Below are positions 52,182-60,224 of a stretch of 62,048 nucleotides of DNA, one piece after another. How positions within the stretch are numbered: the first letter of the stretch is position 1; each line of letters begins with the position of its first letter. The notes below the pieces were generated by a model that saw nothing but the letters and a program-made list of their open reading frames with translations, searched no databases and was not told the DNA's origin. Both the position numbers and the translations under genes were made by a program. Origin of the DNA: Alphaproteobacteria bacterium (GTDB lineage: Bacteria; Pseudomonadota; Alphaproteobacteria; Paracaedibacterales; CAITNM01); assembly GCA_947487955.1 (NCBI GenBank), contig CANKYV010000006.1, positions 1 to 62,048 on the forward strand, read 5' to 3'.

Positions 52182-52883
52182 TTATTGACTCATCATTGAG
52201 GTAAATTTTGAAACAGCATGTTCAGTCGTTTGCGCATTTAATTTTTTGCGGATGTTAGCTAAATGAAAGGCTGCAGTAGATCCAGAAATATTTAAGTTGT
52301 GACTTACTACTTTAATAGTTAATCCTTGCGCTTTTTGAGTAAGAAGTTCAATTTCACGGTCTGTTAAACACTCCAACGCTTGACTATCTTTTATAGTCGC
52401 TATCTTATTTGCACAAACGTTTGCCACTAAAGAAAGGGTATATAAAACTTCTGGGTGTAAAAATGCCTGATTCAGAACTGTTGTAAAACCGTGAAAAGTA
52501 GCATGAGGAATCAAAGGAATGGTAATTCCAGATTTTATACCAAAATCAAATGATTCTTCCATTAAAGTTTGCTGTATTGGCAAAAGATTATCAAAACCGT
52601 CAACGCTCCATTCAAATGGAACCGCTACTTTCTTTAGTGTACTGAACACAGGGTCACACAAATAATATCGTTCTTTTGTATAACGTTTTTCCCATTCTTT
52701 TGAGTACGTGTTGTGCACACAAAAAGATTCCGTAATTTTCTTCTTGCCTGAAAACACAGCAAGTGCAAACTGTTCAACATTAAAGTCATTACAAATGTTC
52801 TGAAAAATTTCAAAAACACCCTCATCAGACTGTGTAATGCTATTTATTTGCTCAATCGCAGCATTTATTCGCTTATTCAGCAT
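52182..52883 (-). CDS. luxR: LuxR-family AHL-responsive transcriptional regulator (full length)
   Basis: Autoinducer-binding residues W, Y, DP, W, G (YSKEWEKRY...DPV...PFEW...GIKSG) and C-terminal HTH (LTDREIELL...G...FHLANIRKKL). Confidence 0.93.
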   Translation of the reverse strand: MLNKRINAAIEQINSITQSDEGVFEIFQNICNDFNVEQFALAVFSGKKKITESFCVHNTYSKEWEKRYTKERYYLCDPVFSTLKKVAVPFEWSVDGFDNLLPIQQTLMEESFDFGIKSGITIPLIPHATFHGFTTVLNQAFLHPEVLYTLSLVANVCANKIATIKDSQALECLTDREIELLTQKAQGLTIKVVSHNLNISGSTAAFHLANIRKKLNAQTTEHAVSKFTSMMSQ

Positions 52884-52976
52884 TTTTAATCCTTTATCTT
52901 ACAACTAGTACTAATTTTAAAAAAACTACTATAAGAAAATATTGCTAAGCTTTTATCGCTCCATACAAAAAAAATG

Positions 52977-53534
52977 TCAATCAGGTCTTCTTGAAAAATT
53001 TCGTTTGTCTTGCAAGGATATAATTTTGTTTGAGCAAACATTACCCACCAGAGAAAGCGTATACAAAACATCATGGTGTAATGATGATTGATTGAGCACG
53101 GTCACAAAACCATGAAAAGTAGCATAAGGAATCAAAGGAATTGTAATGCCAGATTTTATACCAAAATCAAATGATTCTTCCATTAAGGTTTGTTGTGTTG
53201 GCAAGAGACCATCAAAACTTTTAGTATCCCATTCAAAAGGAACAGCAACTTTCCGCAATGAACTAAAAACAGGATCGCATAAATGATATTGTTTCTCTTT
53301 ATAATGCTGTATCCACTCTTTTGAGTAAGTATTGTATATAGAAAATGATTCTGTGATATCTTTTCTACCTGAAAAGATTGCTAATGCAAATTTTTCAAAA
53401 TTTAAATCTAGGCAAATACCTTTAAACACAGCAAACACATCTTCTTCAAAATATTTCACAGCATCTATTCTCTCTAATGCGCTTTTTATTTTCTTATCAG
53501 CTAGCAGTTTTGTACCAGAGATCATTTCACTCAC
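52977..53534 (-). CDS. LuxR paralog with autoinducer-binding domain only (no HTH)
   Basis: Highly similar to the neighbouring luxR (38-bp identical block at 52528 and 53149) but stops just before the HTH. Confidence 0.85.
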   Translation of the reverse strand: MSEMISGTKLLADKKIKSALERIDAVKYFEEDVFAVFKGICLDLNFEKFALAIFSGRKDITESFSIYNTYSKEWIQHYKEKQYHLCDPVFSSLRKVAVPFEWDTKSFDGLLPTQQTLMEESFDFGIKSGITIPLIPYATFHGFVTVLNQSSLHHDVLYTLSLVGNVCSNKIISLQDKRNFSRRPD

Positions 53535-53592
53535 CTCTCACATAAGTACATTATGATTATCGGTAATCTAAAACGATTTTTAGGTTTTCTAA

Positions 53593-53612
53593 ACCTGTTA
53601 GATTATACAGGT
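53593..53612. promoter_or_regulatory. lux box
   Basis: ACCTGT-TAGATTAT-ACAGGT has the same arms as the Vibrio fischeri lux box (ACCTGT-N8-ACAGGT); 59 bp upstream of the truncated luxR start. Confidence 0.85.
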
Positions 53613-53666
53613 AAAATGTTTTTAATTTGATGCTAACAAGAGTTGCACCAGTTTTTTCTAACATCA

Positions 53667-53798
53667 TATAGCCAGACTCATATAAATTGAGCACATAAAT
53701 TTAGATTGCTCGCAAAGACGTTAAATACTTAATTTTTGTCTTCGCGAGGAGCATAAGCGACGTGGCGATCTTATAATTAAATTGTAGTTCTGGCTATA
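53667..53798. mobile_element. MITE-like element with 10-bp terminal inverted repeats enclosing REP/RPE-like sequence
   Basis: TATAGCCAGA...TCTGGCTATA ends; internal GTCTTCGCGAGGAGC..GCGACGTGGCGATCT and AGATTGCTCGCAAAGAC. Confidence 0.55.
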
Positions 53799-53815
53799 CT
53801 CTAGGCTTCTAAATC

Positions 53816-53917
53816 ATCATCTTGAGCCCTTAAGAAGGCGTGAAAATCCAGTAAGTAATTTCAATGTTGAAATAATAAAACTGGACCCTCACGAGAGCTA
53901 TGCTCCCTCAGGGTGAC
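53816..53917. repeat. Nested imperfect palindrome (REP/REPIN-like)
   Basis: ATCATCTTGAG/CTCAGGGTGAC outer arms and GTGAAAATCCAGT/ACTGGACCCTCAC inner arms. Confidence 0.55.
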
Positions 53918-54081
53918 GAGTTTCTAAGCAACTTTATTCCGGACAGCAGTGCAGACACGCCAGTGACAAACTCTGCCGAGGATTTTAGGCAGAGCACGTA
54001 AATCTATTCAAAAATATTTATTGGAAAGGGATCAAGAAACAAATGCAAACTCATTCCCCGTATTTTTTTTATAAGCAAGTC

Positions 54082-54267
54082 TTACTGAAGCTCTTCCTTA
54101 AAAAGCTCATCCATCATTTTACTTTGAGCATCTAAAATTCTTATTTCTTTCAAAACTATTTCTGTTTTTTGAAGTTCGTTTATATTCATTTTCTTCATCC
54201 CCTTACTCTGCTGACTATCTTCAGTTTTTTGCTGACTATTTTCGATATTTTGCACTGCATCCACCAT
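54082..54267 (-). CDS. Small hypothetical protein (61 aa)
   Basis: Strong RBS (AAAAGGAGA) upstream; internal SQQ duplication. Confidence 0.6.
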   Translation of the reverse strand: MVDAVQNIENSQQKTEDSQQSKGMKKMNINELQKTEIVLKEIRILDAQSKMMDELFKEELQ

Positions 54268-54360
54268 GGACTTTTTTCTCCTTTTGATTCCAATAACCTA
54301 TTGATATCAAGTATTTTTATAATTTTTATCCAATAAAAAATTGTTATTTATACTTATACT

Positions 54361-54885
54361 CTAATTCGAATAAGATAGGAAATAATTTTTTTGTCTTACA
54401 AATTGCAAAAATTCTACCCCCAGTTTAGTTAAACAAATTTTTCCAGCTTGTACTTGAATAAAATTTGAATTTTTTAAAAAATTAAGCCATGTAAAAAATG
54501 CTGGCATATTTTTATGAGCAGTTGAAACATTTTTTGCAAATATCTGGTAGATATCTTTCTCAGAAAAAGCAACTCCGTAATGAAATTCAAGGTATTCTAA
54601 TAATTTAATATGACTTCTAGAAACACGCTTATACGTATTTTCATAATAAGCCACTTTCTGCAATACGCATTCTTTATCTCCAGTCTTGCCATTTAGAGAA
54701 ACAGCCTTTAAATGCGGACTGACTAAATTTATCTTGTTAGCGTTGGCTTTTTTTTCATTGAACTGCACCTGCATTTTGCATACCAGAGGCCAAGCAATCT
54801 GCGTTATACAATAGAAGCAAGCTATAACAACACATCCACCTGCAATAAAACGTAGCAAGAAAATTTTCAAGGTTTTTGCCATCAT
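54361..54885 (-). CDS. Membrane-anchored protein with a possible C-terminal winged-helix
   Basis: N-terminal TM; C-terminal WLNFLKNSNFI...ICLTKLGVEFL; lux box upstream. Confidence 0.7.
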   Translation of the reverse strand: MMAKTLKIFLLRFIAGGCVVIACFYCITQIAWPLVCKMQVQFNEKKANANKINLVSPHLKAVSLNGKTGDKECVLQKVAYYENTYKRVSRSHIKLLEYLEFHYGVAFSEKDIYQIFAKNVSTAHKNMPAFFTWLNFLKNSNFIQVQAGKICLTKLGVEFLQFVRQKNYFLSYSN

Positions 54886-54942
54886 TCATCTCCGTTTCTA
54901 AAGTTCCGTGATGAGTTTTAGCTTGAATTGACTAATATTTAA

Positions 54943-54962
54943 ACCTGTTACTTTATACAGTT
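54943..54962. promoter_or_regulatory. lux box
   Basis: ACCTGT-TACTTTAT-ACAGTT; 58 bp upstream of the 54885 start. Confidence 0.8.
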
Positions 54963-54978
54963 ATTTCTAGAATTATAG

Positions 54979-55602
54979 CTAACCTTGACCTTGTAAAATA
55001 TAAACAGGTTCGTTGGCAGGAAGATTTATTTTATCTAATAGCTTAGAATATGACTCGGCTAGCGGTGAATATTCCGTTACGTGTATTTCTTCATTATTAA
55101 CAACGCTACGAGCTAAAAGTGATGTTGAAAAAAACTGGGAAAGAATCCTCGCTGGAGAGGGATAAGAAAGTGTCACAAAGCTTTTAATCTCTGCGTCTAA
55201 ACCAAACAAAACTGAAGCCGCTAATATTCTACAGCACACATTCTTTGCATCTTCTTTTGTATAACCTTCAGCAAAATCGTAGTCAACAGCCATACGACTC
55301 GCTTCCCAATGCTGCGCGTTCTTATAGTCTTTTAAATTTGATAATACAAAATCAAAAGGACCATCAAACATACAAGGGTTATTCATAGGAATATAACGCT
55401 GACACCCCCTAACAATGTTATTTTTGTCCTTAAAAATTAAATAATATGTATTATTTTCATCATACTCATCTTTTTCCATACCATCTTCACTGTTAACCTG
55501 CCACTTCAATTTTTCAAAAAATACCTTATGACGAAGCCTGTACATTGCATCTAGATCATCGCGGTGTGTAGAATACTCATTGGGTGTAATTAGATAAACC
55601 AT
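54979..55602 (-). CDS. luxI: Acyl-homoserine-lactone synthase
   Basis: YRLRHKVF..KLKW, EKDEYD, GCQRY.P and WEASR signatures. Confidence 0.95.
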   Translation of the reverse strand: MVYLITPNEYSTHRDDLDAMYRLRHKVFFEKLKWQVNSEDGMEKDEYDENNTYYLIFKDKNNIVRGCQRYIPMNNPCMFDGPFDFVLSNLKDYKNAQHWEASRMAVDYDFAEGYTKEDAKNVCCRILAASVLFGLDAEIKSFVTLSYPSPARILSQFFSTSLLARSVVNNEEIHVTEYSPLAESYSKLLDKINLPANEPVYILQGQG

Positions 55603-55658
55603 AAAAATACCTGTTATCGTTAGATGAGCTATATTTAGTGATAGTTATTTGTAATTTC

Positions 55659-55678
55659 AACTGTTTAAATAAATAGGA
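55659..55678. promoter_or_regulatory. Degenerate lux box upstream of luxI
   Basis: AACTGT-TTAAATAA-ATAGGA; 57 bp upstream of the luxI ATG, matching the spacing of the other two boxes. Confidence 0.55.
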
Positions 55679-55842
55679 AAAAACAAAATAAACATTTTTT
55701 ACACTATAAAATATATAAAATTGAACTAAATAATTTTAAAAAAAATATAATAAAATAAATTACGAAAATATTAACACTAAAGATATAAGAATTTTTTTAC
55801 TTTTTTAGAAAATCTATATAATCAACTAAAAAATTTTTAACT

Positions 55843-55862
55843 ACCTGTATAATTATACAGTT
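55843..55862. promoter_or_regulatory. lux box (distal)
   Basis: ACCTGT-ATAATTAT-ACAGTT, with a perfect 16-bp palindromic core CTGTATAATTATACAG. Confidence 0.78.
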
Positions 55863-55925
55863 CAGATCTGCTTATGGGGTATAATTAAACAGAAGGCTAA
55901 AAACTTAAGATGCATTCTTAAAATT

Positions 55926-56738
55926 TTAGCGCCAGTGGCGGCCGTGCCAACCTTCTCTACGCCCCCAGCCTCCTCCAAGCCAAATGCCAGGACCACCCCA
56001 ATAAGGATAACCATAATAAGGCGCACGATGTTCTTCTATAATAATCGGTTGAACAGGTTGCACAGGAGGACCATAGGCTGGAGGAACTTGTTTAACGCTT
56101 GCTGCTGGTGTTGCTACGGAAGCTGATTTCTCATGTTTCGCTGCGTGATGGATATTTTTTGCCCGATCAATCACACCTTGTAAAAATGCCCCAACCTCAC
56201 TGGTTGGATCTTTGATAGTTATATCAACAGTAATCTTTATTGATTTACCTTTTTCTTTATCACCTGGCCAACGATAGGTGTACTCAAAAGCATGACCATT
56301 CCAATGACCCTTCTCTAATAATAGCCTTTCACCACTTTTAAAATATCCCATTTCTGTTTCGTCATTTTTAGACTTTTCTCTAGCGTCGCTTTCCCCATCA
56401 ATCTCATTTGCCCAACACAATGCAATGTGTTTTTCATCTTCATGCCGTTCTTCAGGTGTTAAGCGAATTTTTATCGAAGTCCAAGGACCATCAAATGTTA
56501 ATTCTTCATTTTTTACAAGCTGAATAATTTCATCTTTGCCTAATTCATATCCTGGACATAATGCCCAAGTGATAATTTTTTCATCAGATAAAGTTCTTAA
56601 TTTTTCAAGGTCATAACTTTCTACTTTTTTGACGGCTTCTGCATGTGCTGACTCATTTTGCATGGGATCTCCGCCAGCAAAAGCAAACACACAAAAGCAA
56701 GTAAATAGAAATAAATTAAGAATTTTCATATTAAACAA
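55926..56738 (-). CDS. Secreted hypothetical protein with Pro/Gly/Trp/Arg-rich tail
   Basis: Signal peptide ending AFA; C-terminal PYYGYPYWGGPGIWLGGGWGRR. Confidence 0.7.
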   Translation of the reverse strand: MFNMKILNLFLFTCFCVFAFAGGDPMQNESAHAEAVKKVESYDLEKLRTLSDEKIITWALCPGYELGKDEIIQLVKNEELTFDGPWTSIKIRLTPEERHEDEKHIALCWANEIDGESDAREKSKNDETEMGYFKSGERLLLEKGHWNGHAFEYTYRWPGDKEKGKSIKITVDITIKDPTSEVGAFLQGVIDRAKNIHHAAKHEKSASVATPAASVKQVPPAYGPPVQPVQPIIIEEHRAPYYGYPYWGGPGIWLGGGWGRREGWHGRHWR

Positions 56739-56785
56739 TATTTATTATATAGTTATATATATGTTAACATTGGCATTACTAATAA

Positions 56786-57214
56786 TTAATTAATAAAGAC
56801 TCCTGTACAATATGTTCCCCAAAAACCTATAGCCCACGCAACCACAAATGGCAATTTTTGCGTTTGTGTAGTTTTAAAAATAACAACAAGAACACCAGCC
56901 GTAATCATGCAATAAACAGGCAAAAAGTTAATAGCAAAACACCCTGCACCAAAACTAAAAAGCACAATATCAACCAGCTGAATGCTATTTTTTCTAAAGT
57001 ATCGATATCCCCATAAAAAACAAAAAATCCCTAAAACATGAAAAGGATAGTGAAGGTTTAAAGTTAAAGCGATTAGAGTTGCAAGAATAGTTCCTACATT
57101 CAACAATCGCTTTTTCCAGTCTTGCCATGCAAGAAGAACGGTCAACGGGAGAAGTAAAAATAAAAAAGGAAACACATAACAAATACCAAATACTGAAAAG
57201 CTGATATTATTCAT
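56786..57214 (-). CDS. Membrane protein, possible degenerate A24 prepilin peptidase
   Basis: Multi-TM; AWQDWKKRLL, IQLVDIVL and LPFV resemble the D.., GxGD and PF motifs. Confidence 0.45.
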   Translation of the reverse strand: MNNISFSVFGICYVFPFLFLLLPLTVLLAWQDWKKRLLNVGTILATLIALTLNLHYPFHVLGIFCFLWGYRYFRKNSIQLVDIVLFSFGAGCFAINFLPVYCMITAGVLVVIFKTTQTQKLPFVVAWAIGFWGTYCTGVFIN

Positions 57215-57274
57215 AGTACCATGTCTTTCGAAGAAAAAGCTGAAGTATGCTACCAGACCAAAAGTCTAGATAGA

Positions 57275-57469
57275 TCAATCATTTTCTTTATTTTTACGCA
57301 AATCAGTTAGCATTACCGCTAATCTATCCGATAATTTCGACTTCACAGCTTTTTTAATTTCATCTGAGAAGTTTATCCAATTTTGTACTTCATACGCATT
57401 ACGTCCACAGCCAATACAAACCTTATCAGCGTTAAGCACACAAATTCTTACGCAGGGAGATTTTTCCAA
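57275..57469 (-). CDS. DUF1289-family Cys-rich protein
   Basis: SPCVRIC...CIGCGR...EV..W. Confidence 0.85.
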   Translation of the reverse strand: MEKSPCVRICVLNADKVCIGCGRNAYEVQNWINFSDEIKKAVKSKLSDRLAVMLTDLRKNKEND

Positions 57470-58098
57470 CTTAAACCCTTCCTTTCTTGTAAAATGTCAA
57501 TAATTTGGCGGTGAATAACCTTTGGGTGAGAATCTGCTTGCATCACTACGCAACGGCTAGGATTATCTTTAGCAATTTCTAAAAATCCAGCTCTTATTCG
57601 CTTATGAAATTCCATATCCATTGCTTCAAAGCGCCCTTCAACAACTACATTACCTTCCATACGGGTTGTTGCACGCTTAATCCCTTCATACACATCAAGA
57701 TCAAATACAAAGGTGATGTCTGGCTCGATATCACCAACAACGTAGTTATATAATAATTGCAAAAATTCTCGATTAACTCCTCTACCGTACCCTTGATAAG
57801 CAACTGTTGAGTCCGCAAATCTGTCACACAAAACCCAACTACCATTATCAAGAGCCGGCTTAATTGTATTTTGCCAATGATCAGCACGAGCCGCATACAT
57901 TAACAAAACCTCGCTCATGTTTGACCAACGATCTACAGATCCTGTTACAAGCAAATTTCGAATAATCTCAGCCCCTGGGCTTCCGCCTGGTTCTCGAGTT
58001 AAAACAACATCAACGTCATTTTTTTTTAAAATATCAGCCAAGATCAAAGCTTGCGTGCTTTTTCCTGTACCTTCTCCGCCTTCAAAAGTAATAAACAT
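57448..58098 (-). CDS. tmk: Thymidylate kinase
   Basis: FITFEGGEGTGKSTQ, TREPGG and CDRFADST.AYQG. Confidence 0.96.
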   Translation of the reverse strand: MFITFEGGEGTGKSTQALILADILKKNDVDVVLTREPGGSPGAEIIRNLLVTGSVDRWSNMSEVLLMYAARADHWQNTIKPALDNGSWVLCDRFADSTVAYQGYGRGVNREFLQLLYNYVVGDIEPDITFVFDLDVYEGIKRATTRMEGNVVVEGRFEAMDMEFHKRIRAGFLEIAKDNPSRCVVMQADSHPKVIHRQIIDILQERKGLSWKNLPA

Positions 58099-58241
58099 AA
58101 CCTCTCCACCCTATTAACTGTATAGATTTTACTTATAATTTTCCAGGTGAACTTAAGGATAAAAATAAAAATTTTCCGTTAACTATCTCTTAGGTATTTG
58201 CATGGCAGAGTTGAATGAGACAAAAAACTAACGAGGACTTA

Positions 58242-58400
58242 ATGCTACAATTTATTACTATTCTAGGCATTTCAACTGTTTTATCTATTGCGGCTTACAA
58301 AATTCAACACGAAGAAATACAAGAAAGTAAAAAACTAATGCTAAATTCAGATATCACTGCCTCTGAATTAGCTCAATTATGCTCTTTCGCAACCGACTGA
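58242..58400 (+). CDS. Possible small membrane-anchored protein
   Basis: GAGG RBS before ATG 58242 and a hydrophobic N-terminus; overlaps the corC-like 3' end. Confidence 0.4.
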   Translation: MLQFITILGISTVLSIAAYKIQHEEIQESKKLMLNSDITASELAQLCSFATD

Positions 58401-59659
58401 GAAAGAGGGGGAGTCACTTTGACTAACGTAATTTGGTTGCGTTGACGCCTTAATATTTCAAAGCGGAAGCCTCTCCAATTAAATATTTGACCAACTGTTG
58501 GAAGCACTCGAAATTGAATAATTAAAAGCCCAGCAAGAGTTGCAGCAACATCGTTAGGCAATTCCCAGTCAAATTGACGATTCAAATCACGAATTGTTAC
58601 GTTACCATAAATAACAAAACTTCCATCTAACTGAGGACGTACACCACGCACATTTACGTCATGCTCGTCAGCAATGTCCCCCACAATTTCTTCTAAAACA
58701 TCCTCTAGCGTTACAATTCCCATAAGCGCTCCATACTCATCAACAACCAAAGCAAAGTGCTCGCGTCGTTGACGAAAAGCGTGAAGCTGTTCTAAAAGAT
58801 CAGTACTTTCAGGAGTAAACCAAGGTTTATGCGCAATATCGACAATATTTAGATCATCCAATGATCCAGAATGGGCACGCACCGCACGCAATAGTGCTTT
58901 TGTATTAATAATACCCACAATATTATCAGGATTGCCTTGCCATAAAGGCAAGCGCGTAAAAGGGCATGCTAGAACTTGATCAACAATTTCAGTTGGTGAA
59001 TCATCTGCATTAACCATTGTAACATTTTGGCGATGCACCATAATTTCAGAAACTTGCACCGTTCCTAAGTCCAAAATACTTTTTAGCATAGCCTTTTCAT
59101 GAGGCGTATCCTGACCAGGCCCATCGTGCATATCAATAGCGCCACGCAGCTCTTCCATTTTAGCGTGATGATCCTCTGCTTTTACCTTAAAACCAAACAC
59201 TCTTAATAAAGAGGTGACAAAAAAGGACAAAGCTTTGTTAATAGGTAAAAACAAATTGTAGCTAAAACGAATTGCAGGAGCTGCAAACATTAAAAACCGG
59301 ATGGTGTCTTGTATTGCAAGCGTTTTGGGTAACATTTCCGCAAACACCAAAACAATTGCACCTGTCAAAACAGAAGCAATAACAGCAGCAATAGTTGAAT
59401 TATCCCCCACCAGATCAAAGGATAAACTAGCTAAAACCGAAGCTATAGCAGCATTTAAGAGTGTATTGTAAGCTAAAATTGAGCTCACAACCATGCTCAG
59501 GTGCTGCTGCAAATCACGAATAGTTATAGCTGATTTATTACCAGCTTTTGCAAGTTGATGCAGCTTTGGACGAGAAGCAAATGTAATTGCTGTTTCAGAA
59601 GCAGAAAAGAAAGAGGAGATCAATAACAAGACGACGGAAAAGATACAAAGAGTAATCAT
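58373..59659 (-). CDS. HlyC/CorC (CNNM) family protein: DUF21, CBS pair, CorC
   Basis: FFSASETA, FAEMLPKT and VVDEYG...GIVTLEDVLEEIVG. Confidence 0.92.
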   Translation of the reverse strand: MITLCIFSVVLLLISSFFSASETAITFASRPKLHQLAKAGNKSAITIRDLQQHLSMVVSSILAYNTLLNAAIASVLASLSFDLVGDNSTIAAVIASVLTGAIVLVFAEMLPKTLAIQDTIRFLMFAAPAIRFSYNLFLPINKALSFFVTSLLRVFGFKVKAEDHHAKMEELRGAIDMHDGPGQDTPHEKAMLKSILDLGTVQVSEIMVHRQNVTMVNADDSPTEIVDQVLACPFTRLPLWQGNPDNIVGIINTKALLRAVRAHSGSLDDLNIVDIAHKPWFTPESTDLLEQLHAFRQRREHFALVVDEYGALMGIVTLEDVLEEIVGDIADEHDVNVRGVRPQLDGSFVIYGNVTIRDLNRQFDWELPNDVAATLAGLLIIQFRVLPTVGQIFNWRGFRFEILRRQRNQITLVKVTPPLSQSVAKEHN

Positions 59660-60204
59660 TAATTCCCCTGATTAGTTTGAATTTCATCAGAATCTGCATA
59701 GCGAATTTTGGCATGCTGCATATTCTCATGATCATGATCATTTTTTTTGACAAGAGGATCAATTTCTTGCCTAAAAACACGTTTTACTGGACGATCCCCG
59801 CACAAACTACCCCACAAAACATCACTGCGCTGATAATTACAAAAGGATTCAAGAGGTTTTGGCTCATTACTGCTCATAATTGCCAAAAGCTTTTGCAAAA
59901 CTGCCATATAGTGAGCGATTTGTTTTACAGTATCTTCCTTTTTCATACCTTGCTGATCAGAAGTATTTTGATTATCACAACTCTCTAGTAATTTTCTAGC
60001 ATCATCTACATATTCATCAAATAAAATCTCTAACTGAAGCCCTGCTCCAGCTGATTTCTTCTTCTCTATAAGCTGATTTAACTGTTTAAGATTTTCAAAA
60101 ACATATCTTCTCGTAATAGAAGAAGGAGGTACTCCGCCATAAACGACAGCCATCAGCGCAACGACACAAGATATCTTTCTCAAGAACATGCCCTTCTCCC
60201 CCAA
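59659..60204 (-). CDS. Secreted hypothetical protein
   Basis: Signal-like N-terminus; translationally coupled to the corC-like gene. Confidence 0.6.
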   Translation of the reverse strand: MGEKGMFLRKISCVVALMAVVYGGVPPSSITRRYVFENLKQLNQLIEKKKSAGAGLQLEILFDEYVDDARKLLESCDNQNTSDQQGMKKEDTVKQIAHYMAVLQKLLAIMSSNEPKPLESFCNYQRSDVLWGSLCGDRPVKRVFRQEIDPLVKKNDHDHENMQHAKIRYADSDEIQTNQGN

Positions 60205-60224
60205 ATCATGAAAGGATTATTTGG

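Noticed and set aside
52886-53074. 62-aa minus ORF as a frameshifted HTH of the truncated luxR
   Set aside because: Its translation has no LuxR HTH motif, so a simple frameshift does not restore a full protein.
55609-55628. ACCTGT half-site next to the luxI start
   Set aside because: No second arm; explained as the AGGT ribosome-binding site on the minus strand.
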